Part shown: positions 30,444 through 38,941 of the stretch, piece by piece
Layout: every line of letters begins with the position of its first letter
How positions within the stretch are numbered: position 1 is the stretch's first letter
Source of the DNA: an uncultured Pseudobdellovibrionaceae bacterium
GTDB taxonomy: Bacteria > Bdellovibrionota > Bdellovibrionia > Bdellovibrionales > Bdellovibrionaceae
DNA length: 58,671 nucleotides
Reading direction: 5' to 3'
Assembly: GCA_964522115.1 (NCBI GenBank)
Contig: CAZFSX010000001.1
Location: 1 to 58,671, forward strand
Translations under genes and position numbers: made by a program
Notes under the pieces: generated by a model
Told to the model about the DNA's origin: nothing
The model's database searches: none
The model's input: only the letters and a program-made list of their open reading frames with translations

Positions 30444-30592
30444 TCACTCCAGATACAATGTTGCAGAAGGCGGCCATCCAGGAATCAACTCCAAGAGCCT
30501 GCTTATCTGTTTTTTTTAACGAAATAAAATAAATCTTTTGCCAAAAAGCTAAGCACTTTCTATATTCGGGCCTCATCACAAACGGAGGCCCT

Positions 30593-32458
30593 GTGGCAAT
30601 CAAAGAACTCAGTGAAGAACAGATACATACCCTAACCCTGGAACAAAAAGATCGTTGGTGGCTGGAAAATGTCTATAAAGGTAATATGCCTCAACTGAAT
30701 CTACGCTCTGCCCTGACAGGAATGATTCTGGGCGGTATTCTAAGTCTGACCAATTTGTATATTGGCATGAAAACTGGTTGGACTTTAGGGGTTGGAGTTA
30801 GCTCTGTTGTTCTTTCTTTTGCACTCTTCAAAATTCTTTCGAAGCTAGGGATCGGTCGTGAAATGACTGTATTGGAAAATAATGCCATGCAATCTATTGC
30901 TACAAGTGCTGGCTATATGACAGCCCCAATGATGGCTTCTCTACCTGCTTATATGATGGTGACAGGACAAGTGATCCCCATGTGGCAAACCTTTTGGTGG
31001 ATTGTTGTTCTAGCTATTCTAGGTGTGCTCTTTGCCTTCCCTTTAAAAAAACGCTTTATCAATGACGAGCAGCTGCCTTTTCCTGAGGGCTACGCTGCAG
31101 GTATCGTCATGGACAGCCTTCATGCTGATGATGGGAAAGAAGGAATTTTTAAAGCCAAGCTTCTTGCGTGGGGAGCCGCCGCTTCTGCTTTTGTTGAAGC
31201 ATGGAGAACCGAAAGCTTTATGGAAAAAATTAAAATGAAGGCTTTCCTTTTGCCAGAAACTTGGGATGGCTTCATTTATAAATATTTTACTCCTTCAATT
31301 TATGGGTCACCACTCAAAGCGCTGACGATTCAGTTCGATACATCCATTGTCATGATTGGAACTGGTGGTTTAATGAATATGAGAACATCCATGTCCATGT
31401 TGATGGGTGGATTTATTAACTACTTTCTGTTAGCTCCTGTCTTGATTGATATGGCCATCATTCCTGAAGCCAAATTTAAGGCGATCTCGATGTGGTCACT
31501 TTGGTTTGGCGCTGCAATGATGACAACCGCTTCTTTGTACGCCTTTTTTTCTAAGCCTGATATCATCATTCAGGCCTTAAAAAAACCCTTTCAAAAAGCA
31601 GGCGATCGTCAAGTTGATTTACTCAGCGACATTGAACTTCCCATGTGGATTTCATGGTTGGGAGTTCCCATCATTGGTGGTTTGGCTGTTTACCTTGGAC
31701 ATACTTGGTTTGGAATTCATTACTGGTTGGGTTTGATTGCAATCCCCATGGTATTTGTTTTCACTTTGATCGCTGTGACAGCAACAGGCTTAACCGCGAT
31801 CACTCCGGGAAGCGCACTTGGTAAGTTGACTCAAATTAGTTACGGAGTCATGGCTCCAGGTGATATCACTACAAATCTTATGACCGCTGGGATCACAACA
31901 GAAGTTGCACTGAATTCAAGTAACCTCTTGATGGATATTAAACCTGGTTACATGCTTGGTGGTAAACCACGTCACCAAGCCCTGGGACATATCCTGGGAA
32001 TTTTTGCGGGAGGTCTTGTCGCAGTCCCTGCCTTCTATGCTCTTTTCCACGGCGATATTTCTCAGTTTACAACAGAACGCATGCCGCTTCCATCTGCCGG
32101 TGTTTGGAAAGGCGTGGCTGAAGTTTTAGCTCATGGATTAAGTTCACTCCATCCAACAGCGCAAACGGCAGCATTGGTGGGAGCAATCCTTGGTATTGTG
32201 TTTGAATATCTCAGCAAAAAAACTAAAAACCGTTTTCCAATTTCTGGCGTTGCCTTTGGATTAGGTTTTGTTTTGCGCTTCACGGACACATGGGCCATGG
32301 CTTTTGGAAGTTTATTATTCTGGCTTGCCAGCAAGAAGTTCAAAGACCCCAAATCCTTTGGATTCCGTACTTTTGTAGAAAACCAAGAAACCTTGGCTGC
32401 TGGAATCATTGCTGGCGGATCCATCATTGGAATTCTGCTGATGCTTTTGGAGCTTTAG
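30593..32458 (+). CDS. OPT-family oligopeptide transporter
   Basis: GGAGG sits 5 nt before GTG 30593. The N terminus (LTLEQKDRWWLENVYKG..PQLNLRSALTGMILGGILSLTNLYIGMKTGW) is characteristic of OPT transporters, followed by about 16 TM segments. Confidence 0.85.
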   Translation: MAIKELSEEQIHTLTLEQKDRWWLENVYKGNMPQLNLRSALTGMILGGILSLTNLYIGMKTGWTLGVGVSSVVLSFALFKILSKLGIGREMTVLENNAMQSIATSAGYMTAPMMASLPAYMMVTGQVIPMWQTFWWIVVLAILGVLFAFPLKKRFINDEQLPFPEGYAAGIVMDSLHADDGKEGIFKAKLLAWGAAASAFVEAWRTESFMEKIKMKAFLLPETWDGFIYKYFTPSIYGSPLKALTIQFDTSIVMIGTGGLMNMRTSMSMLMGGFINYFLLAPVLIDMAIIPEAKFKAISMWSLWFGAAMMTTASLYAFFSKPDIIIQALKKPFQKAGDRQVDLLSDIELPMWISWLGVPIIGGLAVYLGHTWFGIHYWLGLIAIPMVFVFTLIAVTATGLTAITPGSALGKLTQISYGVMAPGDITTNLMTAGITTEVALNSSNLLMDIKPGYMLGGKPRHQALGHILGIFAGGLVAVPAFYALFHGDISQFTTERMPLPSAGVWKGVAEVLAHGLSSLHPTAQTAALVGAILGIVFEYLSKKTKNRFPISGVAFGLGFVLRFTDTWAMAFGSLLFWLASKKFKDPKSFGFRTFVENQETLAAGIIAGGSIIGILLMLLEL

Positions 32459-32536
32459 TACTTCCCAGGTCCATTGCGCTGAACCATTCGTTCAGCGCAA
32501 GTCCTTGAAGTTCTTTTCATGAAATTGTGTACAAAC

Positions 32537-32575
32537 AAAAACCCCACAGTTGCTTTGACTGTGGGGTTTTTATTT
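32537..32575. terminator. bidirectional intrinsic terminator between the convergent OPT and glnN genes
   Basis: The sequence is AAAAACCCCACAGT-TGCTTTG-ACTGTGGGGTTTTTATTTT, a 9-bp GC-rich stem flanked by an A-tract and a T-tract. A second hairpin (GCGCTGAA-CCATTCG-TTCAGCGC) is at 32476-32498. Confidence 0.75.
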
Positions 32576-32590
32576 TCAGTGCCCTTTGAA

Positions 32591-34804
32591 CTACATCAAA
32601 AGATGAGCCAAAAGCATTTCGCGGTATTTTGGAAGTGGCCATAATTCGTTGGAGACAAGACTTTCTGCTTTGTCACAAGCTTGGCGTAAATCGACGACCA
32701 AGGGTTGTAACAATTTAACGATGTCTTTCATTTTCTTTTCTTCGTCGTGGCCATTGTAAACAACTTCACATTGAGCTTCTAAAGCCGTTAAATTTCCTAA
32801 AATATCTGCAAACACAGTCTCAAGTTCTGACTGACGAGTTGTGCAAAGTTTTTTTAATTTTTCAGAATGAACTGCGGACATGCTTTGATGTGAAAGGGAC
32901 ATTTGTTTTTCCACAGCCGGAATCACATATGTACGAACCATTTCCATCATCGTTAAGTGTTCAAGCTGCAATGTTTTTACGTAGCGTTCGACATTGATAT
33001 GATAACGACTTTGAATTTCTTCTTCCGTCAAGACGTTCGTTTCGACTAAAAAGCGTGTGGATTTTTTATCATTCAGCACAGGCAATGCGTCTGCGGTTGA
33101 GTTTAAAATTGGTAATCCACGTTTTTTGGCTTCATCTCTCCATTCTTGAGAATATCCATTGCCTTCAAAACGAATCGTTTTAGTGGCTTTCACATTTTCC
33201 CGAACCAGTTCCATCACAGCTTCATCTCTGGATGGAATTTTGACCAGCAATTCTTTCAAACGTGCAGAAGCCTGCTTGAAAGCGTAAGCCACGGCAGCAT
33301 TCAATGTTGCCATAGGAACGGATACGTTCGCAGATGAACCCACGGCACGGAATTCAAACTTATTCCCAGTGAAAGCAAAAGGGCTTGTTCGATTGCGATC
33401 CGTATAGTCTTTAGAAATATTAGGAATTTTGCTTAAGCCCAAATCAATGATTTGTTGATCTGTGGCTTTCAAAGCCTTTCCACTTTCAATTGTATTTAAA
33501 ATTTGTTCCAACATGGATCCTAAAAAGACAGAAATGATCGCAGGAGGGGCTTCATTCGCACCAAGGCGATGATCATTTCCAGGAGAAGCAATCGCCGCAC
33601 GAAGAACAGCCGCGTGGTCATGAACAGCTTTCAAAACTATCGAAAGGACCGCCAAAAATCTCAAGTTCTGATGAGGAGTATGACCTGGTTCTAAAAGGTT
33701 TTCTCCTTTATCGTTGGCAATGCTCCAGTTATTGTGTTTTCCACTTCCATTCACTCCTGCAAAAGGCTTTTCATGCAATAAGCAAGCGAGCCCATGCTTG
33801 ATCCCCACGCGACGAAGAACATCCATCATCAGAGTATTGTGATCAGCTGCAATGTTCACATCTTCAAAAATTGGAGCAACTTCAAATTGACTTGGTGCCA
33901 CTTCGTTGTGACGAGTCTTAACAGGTATTCCTAGTTTGAATAATTCTGTCTCTGCATCCACCATAAAGTTTTTAATTCGTGTTGGAATGGATCCAAAATA
34001 ATGATCTTCCAATTGCTGACCACGAGCTGAACTTGCTCCTAATAACGTACGCCCTGTCATGTATAAATCTGGCCGTTGGGACACAAAATTCAAATCAATT
34101 AAAAAGTATTCCTGTTCAGCTCCCAGTGTGCAGGAAATTTTCTTCACATCCACATCACCAATCATGCGAAGAAATTCACAAGCCGCATCCGAGACACTTT
34201 CAACAGATCGAAGTAGTGGCGTTTTATTGTCCAAAGCTTGCCCATGATATCCAAAAAAGACGGTGGGAATACAAAGAGTTTTTGAACTGCCATCTTCCAC
34301 AATAAAAAGTGGTGATGAAGGATCCCATGCCGTGTAGCCACGGGCCTCGAAAGTTGATCGCATACCTCCATTAGGAAAGCTGGAGGCGTCGGGTTCGCCT
34401 TGGATCAGTTGTGATCCTGAAAATCTTTCGATGACTCTTAATTCAGAATGATAACTGTGCTGGATAGTCATAAAGGCATCATGTTTTTCTGCCGTTAAGC
34501 CAGTCATAGGTTGAAACCAATGGCAAAAATGTGTCACACCCTTACTGACGGACCATTCTTTGATCGCCAGAGCAATGGCATCTGCTGTTTCTTTTTGAAG
34601 TTTTTTCCCATTTTCTAAAGTTTTGAGAAGACCTGAATAAGCTTCCTTTGGAAGTTTTTCACGCATCTGACTTAATCCAAAAGTCATGCAACCAAAAAAT
34701 TCAGAAACAGGTTTTGCTCGACCATGTTCGTCTTTTAAAATTTCAATATGGCGAGTGGGAGTATTGATGGCTCGTCGAAATGCCATCGAACGATCGTGGG
34801 ACAT
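32591..34804 (-). CDS. glnN: glutamine synthetase type III
   Basis: A 737-aa ORF. The N terminus (..FGCMTFGLSQMREKLPKEAY..) and core (..GAEQEYFLID.., ..RHNEVAPSQFE.., ..NGSGKHNNWS..) fit GSIII in size and motifs. Confidence 0.9.
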   Translation of the reverse strand: MSHDRSMAFRRAINTPTRHIEILKDEHGRAKPVSEFFGCMTFGLSQMREKLPKEAYSGLLKTLENGKKLQKETADAIALAIKEWSVSKGVTHFCHWFQPMTGLTAEKHDAFMTIQHSYHSELRVIERFSGSQLIQGEPDASSFPNGGMRSTFEARGYTAWDPSSPLFIVEDGSSKTLCIPTVFFGYHGQALDNKTPLLRSVESVSDAACEFLRMIGDVDVKKISCTLGAEQEYFLIDLNFVSQRPDLYMTGRTLLGASSARGQQLEDHYFGSIPTRIKNFMVDAETELFKLGIPVKTRHNEVAPSQFEVAPIFEDVNIAADHNTLMMDVLRRVGIKHGLACLLHEKPFAGVNGSGKHNNWSIANDKGENLLEPGHTPHQNLRFLAVLSIVLKAVHDHAAVLRAAIASPGNDHRLGANEAPPAIISVFLGSMLEQILNTIESGKALKATDQQIIDLGLSKIPNISKDYTDRNRTSPFAFTGNKFEFRAVGSSANVSVPMATLNAAVAYAFKQASARLKELLVKIPSRDEAVMELVRENVKATKTIRFEGNGYSQEWRDEAKKRGLPILNSTADALPVLNDKKSTRFLVETNVLTEEEIQSRYHINVERYVKTLQLEHLTMMEMVRTYVIPAVEKQMSLSHQSMSAVHSEKLKKLCTTRQSELETVFADILGNLTALEAQCEVVYNGHDEEKKMKDIVKLLQPLVVDLRQACDKAESLVSNELWPLPKYREMLLAHLLM

Positions 34805-35015
34805 ATCTTTTCCTTTCAGTGCCTGACAGAATCTTCAACTTCAAAGTTGGCTCTGTTCAGCAGGTAAGTTCCATGTGTCTTTGCAAACCCTATGCTTGCA
34901 AAAATCACCTCTTTATTGAAACTCACTTTTGAAAAGAAGAAAAGTCCAATTCTATGGGAAGAATTGCGTCGTACTGTATATGGACAGAGTAGATACTCTA
35001 TCTACAATGTCCTGC

Positions 35016-35510
35016 TTACTTCACAGCTCCAGAGGATATGTCATTTTTGATTGCGCCACCAGGAGCCTTGGCTGAAGCTTTCGTTTTTTCCAAATCCTGA
35101 CAGGTTTGGTATGAAAAATAGGATTGATCCAATGATTCTTTTTCTTTATCTTCAAAAATTAATTTTGCATCTTGAAGTTCACAGGTCTGCGTTTTGTCAA
35201 ATAAACTCTGAAGGAATTCACGGCATTCATTGAATTTTTCAATTCCCTCTGTGATACGCATATACTCTTTGAAACTTCCTTCGCTGTTTGCCCTTTTTTT
35301 CTCAAATTCGGATTTCAGGTAGACCTTTGCATCTTCATAACATTTGTCTGGAGCTGTATACCTTGGCAGACGAACTTTCAGTACTTGAGCACAGACTTGA
35401 TGATCATTTTGACAGGTGGAAACATCATCCGCCTGCACACGGGGAGCATCCAGGAAGAAAAACGCTAAGACAAAACATGTTGTAATTTGAATTCCGTCAT
35501 ACTTTTCCAC
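35016..35510 (-). CDS. exported hypothetical protein
   Basis: A GGAGG RBS and a signal-like N terminus (ITTCFVLAFFFLDAPRVQA). The 164-aa protein has several Cys. Confidence 0.45.
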   Translation of the reverse strand: MEKYDGIQITTCFVLAFFFLDAPRVQADDVSTCQNDHQVCAQVLKVRLPRYTAPDKCYEDAKVYLKSEFEKKRANSEGSFKEYMRITEGIEKFNECREFLQSLFDKTQTCELQDAKLIFEDKEKESLDQSYFSYQTCQDLEKTKASAKAPGGAIKNDISSGAVK

Positions 35511-35630
35511 ATGGCCTCCTGATCATCCCACTATCTATCGACAGAATCAGAGCCTTACTTAAGTCTTGGTGAAAATTTCACAGCAATAGAAAATGCGGTT
35601 CATTTTGAGACAACTTTCCACTCTCATTCC

Positions 35631-35825
35631 ATGACATTAATACTATTTCGGTTCATAAACCGAAAAGGTTGTTATGCGAAGATCAATAGAATTGTCTCTC
35701 TCATAGGACCTTCAGAAAAAATTGTCATATCGTTAGCACCACGACAATGTGCAAAAATATTTCTTCAACGAGACTGGGACATAACTCAAAAGCTTGTGAT
35801 TTTTGATGAATTACATAAACTGTAA
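35631..35825 (+). pseudogene. possible remnant of an AAA_14/DUF4143-type ATPase gene
   Basis: This 64-aa ORF contains ISLAPRQCAKIFL (compare the Walker A context GPRQxGKTTL) and LVIFDELHKL (compare the ..DEiQ.. box). The spacing is collapsed, the P-loop is degraded and the ORF stops early. Confidence 0.3.
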
Positions 35826-35926
35826 CAGTGGAATTCCAAATCTTGCATATGTAGACCTTTGTCTTGATATCGTAATATTTTTCCTTTCTACTCAGACATT
35901 GTGCTCAAGCCTGATAAAATATTTAT

Positions 35927-37072
35927 ATGCATTTCATTTCCATCGTTTTTTCTTTGATCTTGAATCATTGCGACTGGGCTTCTGCTTCACAACAGGAAAC
36001 TGGGCGGAACGAACAGCCTCAGGTTCAACTTTTAGATGTACGCCCATTTCTAAATGACCCTGCGTGCTCCACTGTTGACCCCCTGTCTTCACTGGCGAAT
36101 GCCAACAAGAATATTCCAAAAAACTGCAGTATTAAAATTGCAGAAGTCGTGAATCATGAAGATTGTAACTGCGCAAAGAATGGCGAAACGGTTCGAGATT
36201 CCAACAACATCAAAGATCTACGAAACCTTTTGCCTGCCATGGCCCCCTTAGTTGCTAAATCTCAAATGAACATTTATGAACAGCAATTTCTTCCTAGCCT
36301 TGGAATCGATGTCGACAGCAAAACACCGATGAATTCCTGCGAAGAAAGACGTGAAAAGCTTCGTCAAAGAGTTTGCGACAAAGCGAATCCATTTGCATTA
36401 AAGAATTCATTTCTTAGCAATCACTGCAAATCCAATAAAAAGACCGATATGAGCAACGATGAAATCGCCTATGTCCAAGCCCGGATTCAGGATGAACAGA
36501 ACTTGGCACAAAATGAACCACAACGCCGTCCTCATTTTTCACAATTTCGTGATCTAGGAATTTATGCTTTACTTGCTTGGACAGGATGTCCGCAGATCAT
36601 TAGGGGCTTTACTGATTTTCTCAAATCAACTAGGTCCCAATTTTCGCTGCAACAACAAGATCGCGAAGGCTCCACGCAGGGAACTTTTTTTCCTCTTACG
36701 ACCGAATTTGCAAACCCAAGTGTTTCAAATGCAGCAACCTCGAACGCTCAAAAAAATAGTTTGCCAGCAAGCAGCACTACCCCCCAGGTCTCCACTTCTG
36801 GCAAGGTCAGAGGTGGAATCAATAATCTTGGATTGAATACAGAAACAGATCTTACTCGCTTATACGACAAAGCATCCTTCGCCATCAGCGTCAGACAACC
36901 GATGGCCAAAGAAGGAGAACAAAAATTAGACCTATCATTAATCTTGCCCGTTTTTCAAAACGCTGCTGTTGCAAGACTGGGTCGACTGCAAACAAGGGAT
37001 ACTTCTATTGAAAACTCCAAGTACGACCCGATATACTACTTGAATTTTACCATACCCTTGGGAAAAAAATAA
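35927..37072 (+). CDS. exported hypothetical protein
   Basis: A 381-aa ORF with a signal peptide ending ..DWASA|SQQ. It is Cys-containing and Ser/Thr/Asn-rich, and I recognise no family. Confidence 0.5.
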   Translation: MHFISIVFSLILNHCDWASASQQETGRNEQPQVQLLDVRPFLNDPACSTVDPLSSLANANKNIPKNCSIKIAEVVNHEDCNCAKNGETVRDSNNIKDLRNLLPAMAPLVAKSQMNIYEQQFLPSLGIDVDSKTPMNSCEERREKLRQRVCDKANPFALKNSFLSNHCKSNKKTDMSNDEIAYVQARIQDEQNLAQNEPQRRPHFSQFRDLGIYALLAWTGCPQIIRGFTDFLKSTRSQFSLQQQDREGSTQGTFFPLTTEFANPSVSNAATSNAQKNSLPASSTTPQVSTSGKVRGGINNLGLNTETDLTRLYDKASFAISVRQPMAKEGEQKLDLSLILPVFQNAAVARLGRLQTRDTSIENSKYDPIYYLNFTIPLGKK

Positions 37073-37075
37073 ATT

Positions 37076-37666
37076 CTACTTCGCTGTAAAATCACGCGCC
37101 ATCACTGTTTTTCGTCCATCACGTCGAGCTTGCTCAACAGCCTGATCACATGCAGTACGAATCATTTCACTCAAAACTGTGGCGACATCTCCTGCTGTAT
37201 TCATGTCTGCAATATCTTTCACGTACTGCTTCATTTTTGAAACAACCACCAAAACTTCATTTTGCATCGAAGACGACACTTTGTTCATATTGATCGAGGA
37301 AGCCCCTGGATTCGATGAGTGATTAGGTGCTGATCCAACGATATATCGCTGCGGAGATTGGGCGGATGATGAAACACTTTGATTGCCAGACGAGGACAAG
37401 GAAGAACTTGCTGAACTTTGTGACCCCTCATCTGCGGAACATTCCTGCATCCACTGTTGTTTTGTTGGTGCTATTTTTTCAACTGCACCAGCATCACGAT
37501 GACGAGCTCCTGGTAAGTGCCGTTCCCAACAAGGGACTGAGCAAAAAACATAGCCTGTGCGTTTGCGTGTGCATGTGCTAACACTGCACTCATAATACTT
37601 ACTCTGGTAGGCCAATGGCTTTTTACAAGAACTACAGACACGCCAGTAATCTGGATGAACCGTCAT
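37076..37666 (-). CDS. cross-brace zinc-finger / Ser-rich linker / histone-fold (DUF1931-type, bacterial-histone-like) protein
   Basis: The N terminus reads CSSC-x12-CSVSTC-x9-CSVPCWERHLPGARH (C2-C2-C2-H2). The middle is low complexity (SQSSASSSLSSSGNQSVSSS). The C terminus reads EVLVVVSKMKQYVKDIADMNTAGDVATVLSEMIRTACDQAVEQARRDGRKTVMARDF. Confidence 0.65.
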   Translation of the reverse strand: MTVHPDYWRVCSSCKKPLAYQSKYYECSVSTCTRKRTGYVFCSVPCWERHLPGARHRDAGAVEKIAPTKQQWMQECSADEGSQSSASSSLSSSGNQSVSSSAQSPQRYIVGSAPNHSSNPGASSINMNKVSSSMQNEVLVVVSKMKQYVKDIADMNTAGDVATVLSEMIRTACDQAVEQARRDGRKTVMARDFTAK

Positions 37667-37888
37667 TTAAATATCCCCCACATTTCGAAATCTCCACACA
37701 AATCTTAGCAGCATAAAAACGGTGAAAGCAATCGATGCCGCAAGCCCATAGCCATAGCCCTCACCTGGGTACGAGGAATAATTCAAACCGAAGTATAAAA
37801 CGAAAGACTTTCCAATCAGAGTCGGCATCAAAAAAGATACAACAAAACTTCGAATTAACTGAGGTCGACTCATTTTTTCTGGGTTCAC
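37667..37888 (-). CDS. small two-TM membrane protein
   Basis: A 73-aa ORF with two hydrophobic helices (VVSFLMPTLIGKSFVLYFGL and GLAASIAFTVFMLLRFVW). Its stop codon abuts the ATG of the histone-fold gene. Confidence 0.5.
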   Translation of the reverse strand: MNPEKMSRPQLIRSFVVSFLMPTLIGKSFVLYFGLNYSSYPGEGYGYGLAASIAFTVFMLLRFVWRFRNVGDI

Positions 37889-38212
37889 AATTTACCTCTT
37901 AGGGGGTTGATCTTTCAGTTATCTTATCTGACCCCTTCTTGCAAGGCTGCAGAAAAAAATTATGTTTTCTGTCACCTTCAAACTGATGGATCGAGTGATA
38001 AAATGGATATCCCCTGCGACAACTGTCGAACATTTTTTGTAGCCCATGAAACCAAGGACTTATCTTTTCCATTCGTAGCATTTTTCCTCAAATATCTGCT
38101 TTGCAAGTGTCTCATTCTGAGATAGGGATCCATGCTTCAGGGCATGAGTATTGCAATAGACATAAGTTGTCCATTGCGCCAACAATTTCAACTCGAGAAC
38201 GAAGAGGTTATT

Positions 38213-38827
38213 ATGTTTTTGAATAAATTTTTATCACTCACAACCATCTGCTTGGCCCTAGCTTTGATATGTCAACCCGGCTTTGCTCAGAATGAGTCCA
38301 CTATCCAAAATGCTAGTTCTGAAAATCCTGCAGCTCCTCATCAGCAGCATGAACCAAATTCTGCAAATGCTTCCCCGCAAACTCCTGTGGTCGCTAACCC
38401 TCAAAATATTCAGACGGGTCAGCCAATCTCTTCTGGTTGTCAAACGGAAGATCCTACTTTTCAACCTTGGGTCCAAAGCCTGTATCAAGAGTATCAGGGA
38501 AACAACTCTTCTGTGGAATCTTCGCAAGAAACTTCCACTGAAAGTCCAACAACCTGGCTTCGTCGAGAAGTGGATATTGGTCGCAAGATTTTTTACAAGT
38601 GCAGCCCTCTACTGAATCAATCCAACCAATGCAAAGACAAACAAACGGATTTAGAAAAGAAATTCGCCAAATTCATTCTGGAAGTTCATGCTCGAAAAAT
38701 CATTGCAGCAAAATATGCTAATAATAAATTTCTTAAACGATTTGCAAAAGGGTCAGAAACCCCTGCTCAATGGTGGACCCATCAAACAGATTTTTTAAAA
38801 GAATCCTTTTCCATGAAGTGCGAATAA
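38213..38827 (+). CDS. exported hypothetical protein
   Basis: I moved the start to ATG 38213, after GAAGAGG. This gives the signal peptide MFLNKFLSLTTICLALALICQPGFA|Q. The track start at 38132 adds 27 non-signal residues. Confidence 0.55.
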   Translation: MFLNKFLSLTTICLALALICQPGFAQNESTIQNASSENPAAPHQQHEPNSANASPQTPVVANPQNIQTGQPISSGCQTEDPTFQPWVQSLYQEYQGNNSSVESSQETSTESPTTWLRREVDIGRKIFYKCSPLLNQSNQCKDKQTDLEKKFAKFILEVHARKIIAAKYANNKFLKRFAKGSETPAQWWTHQTDFLKESFSMKCE

Positions 38828-38885
38828 AAGACAGAAAATCCAATCAAAAAAAAAGCGCGCATTTCGCAAGGCTGAAGTGAAAGCA

Positions 38886-38925
38886 TAAAAAAAGGGACTG
38901 TCTTTCGACAGTCCCTTGCTATTTT
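38886..38925. terminator. bidirectional intrinsic terminator (convergent with lon)
   Basis: The sequence is AAAAAAAGGGACTGTC-TTTC-GACAGTCCCTTGCTATTTT, an 11-bp stem with an A-tract 5' and a T-rich tract 3'. Confidence 0.7.
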
Positions 38926-38941
38926 GAAATATCCTTCGAAC

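Noticed and set aside
34805-35015. Sigma54 (-24/-12) promoter upstream of glnN
   Set aside because: The best candidate on the minus strand, TGGAACTTACCTGCT, has 9 nt rather than the obligatory 10 nt between GG and GC. No other GG-N10-GC with flanking consensus was seen.
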